A stretch of 64,000 nucleotides of DNA, taken from contig JASANG010001409.1 of the NCBI GenBank assembly GCA_030248215.1, positions 1 to 64,000 on the forward strand, read 5' to 3'. A program made the translations under genes and the position numbers. Numbering within the stretch: the first letter of the stretch is position 1; each line of letters opens with the position of its first letter. The stretch comes from Enoplolaimus lenunculus. Taxonomy: Eukaryota. This document shows positions 40,545 through 53,600 of the stretch, in pieces. Under the pieces are notes generated by a model that saw only the letters and a list, made by a program, of their open reading frames with translations, had not been told where the DNA came from and did not search any database.

Positions 40545-41298
40545 TTAAGTGAAAAATTTTCAGGTTACAATCATTAAACAAGCTTTATAATTTGCGTGTA
40601 AAAACGAGCAGATCTCAAATCATGGGGTCTAATTTTTCCTAGGAAAAATTAACAGACGGGTCTAATTTTGTCGATAGTACACAAATTTAGACGATCTGAT
40701 TTTTTCCACTAAAATTCGGACGGGGTCTAATTTTTTCTGGGAACAATCAGACGGAGTCTGGTGTTTTCAATAAGACCGTCATCGGTGGGATCGAACCTTA
40801 AAATTTGATTGGTGTTTTATATATTCGAGTGGCTGTATATAGTAAATGAACAACTATCGCTTTGGCACTTGACAGACAACCCCAAAACTGGCTCCGGCCG
40901 AGAGCAGGCATTAGAAATAATTTGCGTACATTTAGGTTTAGTATTGACAAAGCCTTTCCAATGTGTTGTTTCCCTTAAACACAGATTATTGAGGTCCCCA
41001 GCAAAGCACACTGCAAAAAATGGTGAGTCAAATTGACTCCCTCTGAAATAGGCTCTACGGGACTACACAAATTGAGTCAAATTAGATTCCGACAGAATCA
41101 AATTCGACTCACTAAAGTCGTCCGTTCGACTATGGCGCAGTCGAATTTGACTTAGTTTGTGTAGTCCCGTAGAGCCTACTTCGGCGAGAGTCAATTTGAC
41201 TCACCATTTTTTGCAGTGTATCAACGCCAGTATTGCCGAAACATTTTCTATACTCATATAAAATTCAAAACAAAATGAACGTGACCATTTTTTTATTT

Positions 41299-44200
41299 TC
41301 ACGTCTTTTTCTTGAAATATCTTGTGCATTCAACATTGCCTGAGATCAATTTCTGAAAGTTAAATAAACAAATTTTCTAAAATCACTAAATCTAATAATG
41401 CTTAGCTTTAAAAGTAGCCAATTAAATCACTAGAATCGCTAAATCCAATAATGCTTAGGTTTAATTGGTTATTTTTAAACCTAAGGATTATTGGATTTAG
41501 CGATTCAAGTGATTTAACTGGCTATTTTGAAACCTAAGCATTGGAGTTAGTGATTCTACTGATTTAATTGGCTATTCTTAAATGTAAGGATTATGGAATT
41601 TGGTGATTCCAGTGATTTAATTGGCAATTTTTAAACGTAAGGATTTTTGAATTTAGTGATTTAATTGGCTATTTTTAAACCTGAGCATTATTGGATTTAG
41701 TGATTCTACTGATGTAATTGGCTATTTTTAAACCTAAGCATTATTGGTTTTAGTGATTCTACTGATTTAATTGGCTATTTTTAAACCTGAGCATTATTGG
41801 ATTTAGTTATTCTAGTGATTTAATTGGCTTTTTTATATCAATATTAACTTGTTGTTTTTGTTTCATAATGCAGCCAGTCAACCAGGACGCAGGTTAGCCC
41901 TATATTCATCTTTGAACTATTTCTTGTAGTGGTTTTTGAAAATTGCTGCTGTAAGTTTTATTTATATTTGAATTAGTATTCGAGTAGGTATCGCAAGTGA
42001 ATGACTTGGGCTTGGCTATGCTCATGAGTAGCGAATTAAACTTATTTTTGGTTCTAAAAAGTTTCAGCCGATTAATGGTTTTACTTACAAATTTCATATG
42101 ATCTTCAGCTTCGTTATCAATATGATATGTGAACCAGTTAAATTCTGATTTGCCTTCTCGTTTATGTCCTTCACGCAGTGTATAACAGTCTTCTCCAGGT
42201 TCAATAAGTATCTGTTATATATATTTATTTATATATATACATATATATAATAAAATAATCCAGAAAACAACGGACATGGCAACGAACAAAAATGCTACGG
42301 ATAGTCATTCCTGCCCAAAACAGAGAATGACATAAGAGATGGGGGTTCATTGGTCCAACTAACAAAAGGTGGCGAAGGGCGGATTAAACATAAATAACAG
42401 TTCGTAACCGAATAATAAGGGGGTACCCTCTGGAGAAATCAAATAAATAACAGGCCTCCCCTCTTATTCGGGTCACTTTAGTACCTAGCGAAAGCATAAA
42501 TTCTAAAAGCCAAATGTTTTTTAAACGCTAATGTCGAAATGTTTAACCCTTTCTCACATGAATATTTTCTATTTCCACTGAGACCTACTTTTATGTTAGG
42601 ATTCGAACTCCAGTGACTGGAGTGGGAGGTGTATACCATCACCACTCAGCTACAGGAGCTTAACGCTCGAGCCCGAGGGGGCTCTCACGTCTTGTGGTGA
42701 TTTAGTACAATGTATACGTGTTGCAATTGTTAAACACGGTGCGATATATACTATTTAACGTATATACACTGCGCTGAGTTGCCTATAGGCAACTCAATGT
42801 GAGAAGGGGTTAAAGGCAAAACTAACCGTCTCTTTTCCTTTTGGTGATTCTGATGAACATTCTTCTCCCAGCCTGAATTCAAACGCATACGATTTCAAGC
42901 CCATCGTTGTTTCGATTTTGTATTTACCATTTCCGAGATCAGAAAATACCTAAAATATTTGGTTGTTAGTTGAACTTGTAAGCCAACAAAGCAAAAAATG
43001 GTGAGTCAAATTGACTATCTTCGAAATAGGCTGTATGGAATTAATACACAAAGTGAGTCAAATTCAATTCCGCCAGTAGTCAAATTCAACTCACTGAGTC
43101 GCACGTTTGCCTCTGGTGGAGTCGAATTTGACTCAGTTTGTGTAGTCCCGTCGAGCGTATTTCGGATAGAGTCAATTTGACTCACCATTTTTTTGCAGTG
43201 TATATACTGAAACGAAAACAGTGTTATTCATTTTTTGTAATATTCCGCGTAGGACATTTTGCAATTTTTGCAGTTCTGGCAGGTACCGGTTAAATATTTG
43301 CGATATGCATATCAGACAAGCGCAAACCTTTCATTTTTATAAGCCGTGAATATTTTTCTAACCTGTAGAGAATGACCAAAAATTAGATACCATTTGCAAG
43401 TTTGACAATCAAACTTGTTCGTCATAAAGATAAATTTTTACTCGCTTACTTCAGCCGGCAAAACGAACGCTTTAATATTTTAAACAATTTTCAAAATATC
43501 GTCACAAAAATGACAACCATATATACCTTAGTAGGATTAATTTTGGTGACCATCTTTCTGACAGGCCATGGAACTCCTGAAATAGTGGATAAAATTTGAA
43601 TTTGTGCAAAATTTTCATATTTCAAACGCATTGGTTGTTCGTGGGCCATCGTTTGCAGTTACACAATTAATAGTTTTCACAGTTGGCAGTGCTGGAACAG
43701 ACAGGGTCGAGGCTCTCCCCAGACCCCAGGATGGATGCCTCCAGACTCCACGAGCGAAAAGCCAGACGCATTTCCAAACTTCGGCGGTTTTTGTTTCAAC
43801 CGGTTAGGGTCGAGGCCCGTTTAGGTGTGGGGGGCCCCCAAAATGGGGTGTATGAGGGTTGGCTGCTCCAGGCCTGATGACTGGTCAATTGCGATAGATT
43901 GATACATTGTGATGCTTATCGCTCACTGATTGGAAAGTTACAAGACCTATCACTAACTGATAAATCGGTGGTTTACGCACATTTGAGAATATGGCCATGG
44001 AAATCTATTAATGTTTTTTTACTGAAGCAGAAAACAAAACAATTTCTTGGAGACGACAGGAAATACACAAATTTGCAAATAAACGGTAAAAAACGCAGTA
44101 GAGTTCAAATATTTATCGCTTGTTTGTCCAATGTTTCTTTAAGGGGCGTAACAGTAGATTAAGCGTAGCCTAAGCCTAAGCCTAAGCCTAAGCCCAAGCC

Positions 44201-44597
44201 CAAGCCTAAGCCTAAGCCTAAGTCCAAACCTAAACCTAAGCCTAAGTCTAAGCCTAAGCCCAAGCCTAAGCCTAAGCCTAAGCCTAAGCCTAAGCCCAAG
44301 CCTAAGCCTAAGCCTAAGCCTAAGGATAAAGATAAGCCTAAGCCTAAGCCTAAGCGTAAGCCTAAGCTTAAACAAAAAAATGTAATCTAGAATCTAAACC
44401 TACTCTCTTAATTGCAACATTTGCTCTTCCAGCGTTACCCTTGAAGTCTATTTAGCATACTTCTATTTTTCACAAGCTTTGGTTCAGTAAACTATACATA
44501 TGCACCAATGAATTTTGACAGACCAACCTTCATTTGACAAATATTCGTCAAAATTTTCACTCTTATAAACAGTCCAACTTCCGATAAATTTTTGCAT
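41299..44597 (-). CDS. Fatty acid/lipid-binding protein (FABP, nematode lbp family), 139 aa; exons 44597-44528, 43576-43527, 42949-42827, 42211-42089, 41352-41299
   Basis: GT-AG introns with matching phases (420 nt). Translation: MQKFIGSWTVYKSENFDEYLSNEGVPWPVRKMVTKINPTKVFSDLGNGKYKIETTMGLKSYAFEFRLGEECSSESPKGKETILIEPGEDCYTLREGHKREGKSEFNWFTYHIDNEAEDHMKFKLISGNVECTRYFKKKT. FABP hallmarks present: FxGxW..SENFDEYL, FxLGEE, TRYFKK. Confidence 0.92.
41381..41830. repeat. ~53-bp minisatellite with an inverted leading portion, in FABP intron 4
   Basis: Unit ttaaacctaagcattattggatttagtgattctactgatttaattggctattt with 53-bp spacing (41677, 41730, 41783). 41381-41465 is in the opposite orientation. Confidence 0.85.
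44126..44410. mobile_element. Family T2 MITE remnant with a ~200-bp GCCTAA array (44168-44370), in FABP intron 1
   Basis: The T2 leader aggggcgtaacagtagattaagcg and trailer aatctagaatctaaacctactc flank more than 30 hexamer units, including variants. Confidence 0.85.
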
Positions 44598-46558
44598 AAT
44601 TTCAATTTATTTTAAATAAAAAAACTTCTAAAATAGCTGGTTTGTACAGAACGACCGCAAAGCAGATAATTTTGGGAATTAAAAATCACAAATATTTTGA
44701 AACAAAGAGTCAAACACCTGATCTGCAATTTTGGGATTTCGGGATATGATCGAAGGTTGGGTTTTGGGATTTTTGGGATTTTTGGGATTCGGAAATGTGG
44801 TTGAAGGCAAGAAATGCTCCTAAAAGCCTAAGTCTAAACCTAAGCCTAAGCATAAGATTTAGCCCAAAAATCATTTAGGGTCTAATGCATGTTTAAACCA
44901 AAACTATTCGTAAAGCTTCAGCCTATTATGCTAAGCATAAGCCTAAACTTTAGCCCACGCCTAAGCCTAAAGCCTTGCCTAGTTCTAAACCTAATCTTGA
45001 CACAAACGATTGCGTAATCCTAAACCTAAGCCTAAGCCTAAGCTCAATGAATTCCGTGTAATTTAATTCTATAGAAATCACAAAATCCCGAAATCCCAAA
45101 ATGCCACCACAAACAATTATCAATTTTTTAGCTGGGTCGAAAGAATACTGGGACAGCAGTAAAGTATACCTGAGCTCTTGTCATTGATTAACAAACGCAC
45201 AAAACAAATACAAAATAAAAAGTGTACATTCACACGAAACGCAAATATGTTTTTGATGCTTCTAATTTTAACAGTTGAAAATGACAAAAAAATTGAACTT
45301 TCAGGCAAAAGTTGACCTGCTACTCCACCACGCCCCCCCCAACCCCTGGGTCCGAGGGCGATGGGCCTTTTCATGGGCACTGATTCGACCCATAATAAAA
45401 GCGATCGCTCCTAACTTGCTAATTTAGCAATTGCTGTTAACATTTGAATGCCTTGGTTACTGTAATCTTTGAAACCTATGTTGTATTCTTCTAATGTGGT
45501 TCACATATCCTTTTGTCAGAAGTGTTGTTTAAGGTTACGCCGCTTTACTAGAAACCTCTGAATGTTTTTAGATTCCGCCACTTTTAAAGTTTAATCATTC
45601 GGGATTTTAGCAAATGCGCTTAAACCCACATTGTAAATTCCAATGAATTGATTAATCAATTCAACTAACGAGTTAGTTACACTGCAAAAATGGTGAGTCA
45701 ATTTGACTCTCTCCGAAACAGGCTTTTCCGGACTAAGCAAACTGAGTCAAAATTTGACTCCGCTAGAGTCAAATTCGCATTAATGAGTCGCTCAGTGAGT
45801 CGAATTTGACTCTGGCGAAGTCAAGTTTGACTCAGTTTGTGTAGTGCGGAAAAGCCTATTTCGGAAAGAGTCAATTTGACTCACCATTTTTTGCAGAGTA
45901 TTTCTGAGTTAATAACTGCAAACATTTACTTACTCTGATTTGAGTTGACTCTGCGTGATTGATTAAGTACCTCAGAACGAATTAAATCAACTTAAAATTC
46001 TCTGAGTTGTAATAGTCCTAACTCAGACTGACTGATTCAACTTATTCTGCACTGCAAAAAATGGTGAGTCAATTTGACTCTCTCCGAAATAGTCTTTTCC
46101 TGACTACACAAACGGAGTCAAAATTCGACTTCGTAAGAGTCAAATTGAATCGAATTTGACTCAGGCAGAGTCAAATTTTGACTCAGTTTGTGTAGTCAAG
46201 GTAAAGCCCATTTCGGAGAGAGTCAATTTGACGCACCATTTTTTGCAGTGTAAGTTAAAATCAACTCATTGAAATTTACAGTACGCCTGACAATCTTCCC
46301 AAACTCGATGGACCCGTTTGCCGTTAAAAAATGTTTGGATCCGTCACTACAACGCTTTTATAGCTCGTAACATCTGTAGTTTACAACACTTACGCTATTC
46401 AGTTTAAAAACAACAAAGCCAAGATAAGGATTGCAAAAAACTAAAACTAAATAAATACTAATATCCTATAGTAACACAGTTTGAAATACAGCGTTGCTAA
46501 GTAAGCTATTTTACAGAGGCGTAGCGAGGATGTCATTTCTAGAAGGTATAGTCTCATT

Positions 46559-46850
46559 TAGGGTTGCGCTGTACTTTTGTCGACGTCCGACGCCGTCCGT
46601 CACCCGTCCGCCGACGTCCGTCACCCTTCTGGCGCCGTCCGTCGCCGTGAGTTACCCGTACGCCGCCGTCCGTCACCGTACGGCACCTTCCGTCACCGTG
46701 CGGTATCGTACGCAAATAACTCACGTACCATAACGTATGATTGTATGGTACGAACGGCGTCTGATGGCGCCGTACGGATGACGGACGGTGACGGACGGCG
46801 CCGTCCTTGTGACGCACGGTGACGGACGGCGCCGGACGTCGAGGCAACCT
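46559..46850. mobile_element. GC-rich MITE with ccgtc/gacgg subrepeats (related pieces ~13930-14040, ~38030-38225, ~47100-47170)
   Basis: Short inverted ends (agggttgc / gcaacct) and internal inverted ccgtcaccgt repeats; dispersed relatives. Confidence 0.55.
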
Positions 46851-49800
46851 TTAAGTTTTTTGCGACTGACCGCCTCGACCGAGAAAATTTTGGTCACCTA
46901 TAGGATTCAGTAGGTAACACTAAAACCTGTAAAATGGGTTTTTTCTCGTCTGTTCAGTTGGATAAAATAGAAAACGGACATGTGGAAAAGAGTTAAGTGA
47001 AACATGATACAGTGTGCGTAAAAACTGCGATATTTGTTATGAAAACATCAGGATGCCGAAATTGATCATCAGATTGACACATAGTGCACGCTAACACAAA
47101 TAACTCACGTACGATAACGTATGGTAACGGACGGTGATGATTGGCGCCGGACGTCCAGTATAGCGAAACGCTAACTCTCCACCGGATAATTAACGCGAAA
47201 AAGCAACACCATCTTACGAAATATTTTTTATCAGTTATCGAACGCTCAAATCCGCTGGTGTTTGGAGTTGGACTTTGCGTAAAATTAGACTTACTGGCTG
47301 ACGACTTTTGATTTTTAATTACATTTTTAAAGTAGGGTTTGATGCTCGTGGCGTCTGTACTTACAGGAACAGTTGGGAAAATGCTACAAAAATCTAAACA
47401 GACAGTGTGAAGTTCACAGATGTTAGGCAAAATATGTACGACATGGTCGTTTTTATACTTGTGCATTTGTATAAAGTTTCAGTTCGTAAACATGTAACGA
47501 GCTTAACCCTTTCACTCATGGAGTATACTATGAGCAACTAAATACAATAATGTACGAGCAATACGCAAACTGTGAGCAGTGTTTAACATTTATTACATAT
47601 ATGGGCAGCGCAAAATCTCCGCAAGACGTGAGAGCCTACTCGGGCTTGAGCGTCCAGCTCCTATAGCTCAGTGGTCATCGTAAACACCTCTCACCCGTGA
47701 GACTGGGATCGAATATTACATTGAAAGTTCATCTCATATGAAATTGAAAATATTCATATGAGAAAGGGTTAAACATTGTTTCGGTAAGCACTGATAAAAC
47801 AGACTTTACCGACTACCCATGTACTAAAATATTATTTCATGGGATTCTGAAAATATTAATAAAGTCGAAAAAATTGTACTTATTAGCTTAAAAAACGCCT
47901 GTAAGTACCAGATCATTATTTTAGCTATGTTTACTAGAAGCCAAAGGTTCGTATAATCAGTAGCCCAGCGCTTGTCGCCAGCGTATCCAGACTGTTTAAA
48001 ATTCTACACTGCAAAAAATGGTGAGTACAATTAACTCTCTCCGAAATAGGCTATACGGGACTATACAAACTGAGTTAGATTCGACTCCGCCAGAGACAAA
48101 CGTGCGACTTAGTGAGTCAAATTTGACTCTGGCGCAGTCGAAGTTGACTCAGTTGTGTAGGCATATTCCTAAGCTTAAGCTTAAGCCTAAGCCTAAGCCT
48201 TAGCCTAAGCCAAGCAAAAAAATTAGTTTAAAGCTTACGCTTACTCTTTTCTAGTCCCACAGAAAAACGTTCCGCCCCTTATCTTTTACATAGGCCTGTA
48301 GTTCCATAAAGCCTATTTCGGCGAAAGTCAATTTGACTAACCATTTTGTGCAGTGTGGTCAATACTTTTTTCAACGATAATTTTACAAAATTTTATTATT
48401 ATATTTTTTACAAATTTCAGAGTCCCGCAATTTTTATCGCAAGATGTCGAAAACCAGCTCTCGATGGAAAAGCGTTGAATCCGTCAACTTAAGGCCGACG
48501 GTAAATTGGACAAAGACAAATCGGGTTTGTTGGTACATATTTCGAAGATGTCCCTTGACGCAAATTATCGACGATGATTTGATTTTAGGTTCGCGTCGGT
48601 TTCTGGTTTTAGTGAAGATTGATAAATTTGTTTGAAAATTGTTTTTCGCCAAATGGTTAACCTGACTTGTGAGCGAGCTCGGCCAATGTAAAGAACAGGG
48701 TAGGAACAGTATTATAAGCATATTCGTAAGCCTGAACCTATTAGCCTAAGCCTAAGCCAAGCAAAAAAAAATAATCTAAAGCTTAAGCTTACTCTATCGC
48801 AGTCCCACAGAAAAACGTTCCGCCGCTGATCTTTACACGGCCGGCGCGAGCTCTGTAAGTTTATGTAGCAAGCATTTCTACAAGTGTGTGCAACTTGGTA
48901 CATTCTGTGAACAAAACAATGATAATATTGCACACATTCCACCTATCACCGTATAAAACTAGGTTGTTTGCCAATGAGTGATCATAATCAGTGAGTCAAA
49001 ACGTTCTTTCGATGGGGCATATTTTTAGGTTGCAAAATTTTACGGTTTTAATGCGGCGCGTTTTTAGCAAAAGCGCCGTAGTAAAGTGTTCAAATTTCGA
49101 ACTGGTGTTGCAACCTGATAATGTGTTCCGCCATTTTGGCTAAAGAACACACCGTTTCGCCCCCAGATTAAATAGTTTAATGACAAATTTTTTACCATGA
49201 CAAGGCTGTTGTTGATATACGTCCTTCATTTACCCCTCGATCAGTCGCCGAAACCAAGAGAGGGAAACTCAAGCAGTGGCAACCCTTCTTGAAGAGTTTT
49301 AGCCTCGATTGTAAGCAATCTGCTGAATGCTTTGCCTGAAATTCTAGGGTCCAATTCGGACTTATTACGGCCCTAGCATTTCGCGGAAAAGAAAGGGATA
49401 CCTGCGTCGTATGTTCCACTCCAGGTACGTTCCTAAGCGCTGACTGCCGGCACTCCTGTTTAAGCCAACATTATAAACACTGCATTAATAGGAAATGAGT
49501 AGAGATTAGGATTGCCTGAAGGTATTTTTGGTTGAAAAATGTTTTGTTTTGTAAATCCATTTCAATCTGTTATGTATTATTTTTATTAATATCATGCAAT
49601 TTTGGTTAATATACACCTAAATTAATAACTATTAGGGGTGTAGCAGTAGATTAAGCGTATTCCTAAGCCTAAGCCTAAGCCTAAGCGTTAAGCAAAATCT
49701 ACCTTAGTGATGGTGTTTTCCGTCAGAAATTTTTTGGTTATCCGGTTCCAGCTTTAAATCGGTATTTTTTCACCTGAATTTTTCGGTATTTTCGGTATTG

Positions 49801-50502
49801 AAAATTTTAACCCTTCTCACGTTGAGTTGTCTGTAGGCAACTCAGCGCAGTGTATATACGTTAAATAATATATATCGCACAGTGTTAAACCATTGCAACA
49901 CGTATACATAGTACTAAATCACCACAAGATGTGAGAGCCCCCTCGGGCTCGAGCATCAAGCTCATATAGCTGAGTGGTGATGGTATACGTCTCCCACTCC
50001 AGTCACTGGAGTTCGAATCTTAGCATAAAAGTAGGTCTCAGGGGGAACAGAAAATATTCATGTGAGAAAGGGTTAAAATTTATAATTTTTTCAAAAATTT
50101 TATATCCTAACTTATTTTTCCACAATTTTTCAAGTGTTTATTGCATCATTTACAGTTATTATGTTATGCTCCATAATTCTTGAAACGGATATTAAATATT
50201 TTACCAGTGACTTTCCCATGGACTACTTCTATAGAACTAATTTTGAAGAGTGCGTCCAGGTTTTCGGTTTGAAATAATCTCTTATACGGAAACCTAAAAA
50301 TCTTTCTATGAGGATTTAAAGTGGAGCGGTTTAGGGCTTATAGTTCAAATATTGTTCTAAATATATACCCTTTAGGCGTGTTAAACTACTGATTGGTACA
50401 TTATGTTAATAAAACCTTTTAGTGTATATTTCTGAACGCGTAGCTTTGATGAAAATTAATGAAAGCATAATATTTTGGGCACGCATTATTGTCTAAAATT
50501 TC

Positions 50503-50660
50503 GGTCTATGTAAAGATCAGGGGCGGAACGTTTTTCTGTGGGACTGCAATAGAGTAAGCATAAGCTTCTGACTAATTTTTTGTTTGGTTTAGGCTTAGAC
50601 TTTGGCTTAGGCGTAGGATTATGCGTATATACTGTTCCGCGTCTGTTCTTTACATTGGCC
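50503..50660. mobile_element. Family T1 TTAGGC MITE (others ~12441-12637, 13524-13690, 14478-14672, 36965-37180, 39621-39775, 48681-48842, 51156-51354, 51628-51846, 56179-56393)
   Basis: GG...CC termini with imperfect ~27-bp TIRs; perfect 8-bp TSD aaaatttc. Confidence 0.85.
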
Positions 50661-53600
50661 AAAATTTCTATATTTACCCACAGATACCTTAAGGGATACC
50701 TGCGACAATTGATTCGGCAAATGGTTTTATTTAATACTACGAAACAGTAGCTTCGTTGCTTAGAAATTGGGATTTTTGATCCAAACCATTCACACATAGT
50801 TGTGAATATGAACTACTCGTGTATCTATGCGTATTGTTGCAAAAGTGTTAGCGAATGCCTAAAAATCTGTATGCAAATTTTCTAGATAAAAGCTCGTTTT
50901 ATTTGTTATGAAACTATTGTAAACTAAGTATCTTGGAAGCTTGCTAAAATGCGTATGTGGGGTATTCCAGCTTTAATATATAGATAGCAGGGTTTCAATC
51001 GGAAGTAAATTTTGTCATAAGCGGAATCGGAATCATTTTTTCAGGGGTTCGTATTCACAAAAGTTACATAGCATGCGTTAACTGTATTGTATAATGCTTA
51101 GTTACTGCAGACCCGTAGCCAAGCCGACATGTTAGATGGGACCAACATTTTGATAGCCAATCTAAAGAACAGGAGCGAGATACTATTATAAGCATATTCC
51201 TAAAGCATAAGCCTAAGCCTAAGCCTAAGCGTAAGAATGAGTATATTCATATGCCTAAGCCTTAGCCTAAGCCAAGCAAAAAATAGTCTAAAGCATAAGC
51301 TTACTCTATGGCAGTCCCACAGAAAAACGTTCCGCCCCTGATCTTTACATGCACCAGTTTTATTAAGGTGCTGGTTCAGTATAATTTACTAGCAAAGTCA
51401 AATTAATTCCTTGTTAACAGCGCTAACATTTGTCCAGTGACAGACTGGATCTCACTGGTCTATCTATAGAATATGGTGTCACTAAATGTTTATTAGTATC
51501 CTGGGTAAGTGAAGGCAAAAATACCAGAGCCCACAAAAGTTTACAAAGTTTTCCGAAGCCCAAATCAAATCCAAGTGGGGAGCAAAATCAAGTAATAACA
51601 TTTTAAAGTATGCCATTTTTTTACTTTGGCCCATATAAAGATCACGGACGGAATGTTTTTTCTGTGGGACTGCTATAGAGTAAGCTTAAGCTTTAGACTA
51701 ATTTTATTTGATTGGCTTAGGTTTACGCTCAGGCTAAGGCTTTACGAATATGCTCGTTCTTACGCTTAGGCTTAGGCTTAGGCTTAGACTTTTAGGTTTA
51801 GGAATATGCTTATAATACTGTTCCGCCCCTGTTCTTTACATTGGCCAATACTTTTAATAGGCAAAATGTTCGTCGATTATTTGTTTTGAGTTTCGGCTTC
51901 AGAAATCTGGCGAATTTAAGTTTACAGGATCCCCACAAACTTAAAAATATGGTCGTTGAAGCGTCTTATTAGTACAAAATATTTATTTAATTCTATCCCG
52001 AAGTTATTGCAACTTCCTGTAAAAAAATTTAGAGGACCCTGAGCCGGATCCGAAGCCTGATCCAAAGCCGGATCCGAAGCTGGAGTTGAAGCCGAATACG
52101 AGGCAGACCTCTGGTTGTATCATAAAGTTTTTTTTCGCTCAAGAGATAAGATACTAGAAAGACTTTGTCATGTACCCGTTAGATAAAAAACCTTAGTTCA
52201 TCGTATTATCGTCATCGGATGTGGCGTGCCACCAGGGCAATGACCCATCATATTTTTAAAGTCGACAAACTTGACATAAATATGACCAATTTTCTGGTAA
52301 AATAATAAGGTCCCTACCTTGCAAATAATTAACTATTGAATTTGGCTTGTAACTCAGTCGCGAGGTTTTTTCCATCATAGGGGTACGCCAACGTTTATAC
52401 CCCCCTCGTTTTAGGATCATCATATGCGCCCCTGGTCATCGCGGTCCAAGTTAAATATATGTTCTATAAGCTTTGTTGTTGTCGCTGTTGTTGAAAAAAA
52501 TGAAATTATGCTCTAAAGGTCTTGAGGCATTTTGGTTTCAAATTTCTCAAAATGAAATTTGAAATTATTTGAAATTGTACATTTGGAAACGATCGACGCC
52601 TAAGTTCATTTTGTGACACTCCACTTGGTAAACAAATAGTATGCATAACCTATGCCTGTTTAGGTTCGTAGCCTTGCAGAGACCAGAGAGCTGTGCCCCC
52701 AAAAATTTTAGCCCTGCTAAAGTTCCAACCTTCGCTTGTAAGACATCTAATAGCATTCCCCCTTTTGAAATTGTTAGGTCTCGTTATCTTGTTCCGCTGG
52801 CTATATGTATATTTCAGGTTTAGATTGGAAGTTTATAATTTTCAGTCATGGTTTGACTTAGGCTTATCTGAAATGTCTGATTCCAATCAGACGATTCCAG
52901 TATAAAGCCTAAGTAACCTTAAATGTAACTGATTCTACACTTATGTAATGGTGACACTTCGGATAGGGTAAATTTATCATGGAACTTAAAAAGTATTCCA
53001 AAGATAGTTCAAATTTCTTTTGTACACATTTGTGCAAAGAAAATGTTTATAATTAAACGCTGATAATGTATTGGACGAACCGCTGGTATATTACAGATTT
53101 AAAATGGTATTTTATTAAACTGACCACAGAAGTTTTAAAAGTTAGGATATGCCATGTAACGTACTTCGTATATGCACAAATCTTATAGAACGATCTGTAG
53201 AAATATAGATTCTGCGCATACATTTGTAATAGTTAATTACAATACTGTGCTGTCATACTTGTTTACTCCTGCGCTGGAACGCTGCCAAAACACGTATACG
53301 TGTCGTTCCAGTTATAATATATACATTATTGGGCCAATGTTACTTTTAGGGGCGTCCAAGTTTCTGGTTGGTGTAAAAAGAGAAAATTTACATCCTAGAT
53401 TACATTTTTTTGCTTAGGCTTAAGCTTAGGCTTAGTAATACGCTTATTCTACTGTTACGCCCCTAAAAGTAACATTGGACGATTATTGGTAGATCTAATT
53501 AAGATTTTTACCATCAATAAATGTTTACCGAGCTGTGACGTAACTGTTGGCAAGCGCATTTCCACTTTATTCGCGTTCCCTCATACTTTATATATATTTT

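Noticed and set aside
41381..41830. CRISPR-like array (also 59230-59470 and 10100-10300)
   Set aside because: Units are contiguous tandem repeats without unique spacers; eukaryotic context and no cas genes.
44168..44370. True telomere or chromosome-fusion scar
   Set aside because: Short, degenerate, single orientation and bounded by MITE sequence within an intron.
46494..46847. Overlapping Arg/Pro-rich ORFs
   Set aside because: Arise from the GC-rich ccgtc repeats of a MITE.
47659..47725. Functional tRNA gene
   Set aside because: No complete acceptor stem or cloverleaf could be drawn, and it lies inside a repeated TIR element.
45400..49480. Additional minus-strand gene from exon-like stretches (~47214-47393, 48434-48660, 49192-49419)
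   Set aside because: Some plausible splice sites, but no consistent frame or recognisable domain could be assembled; may be pseudogene remnants.
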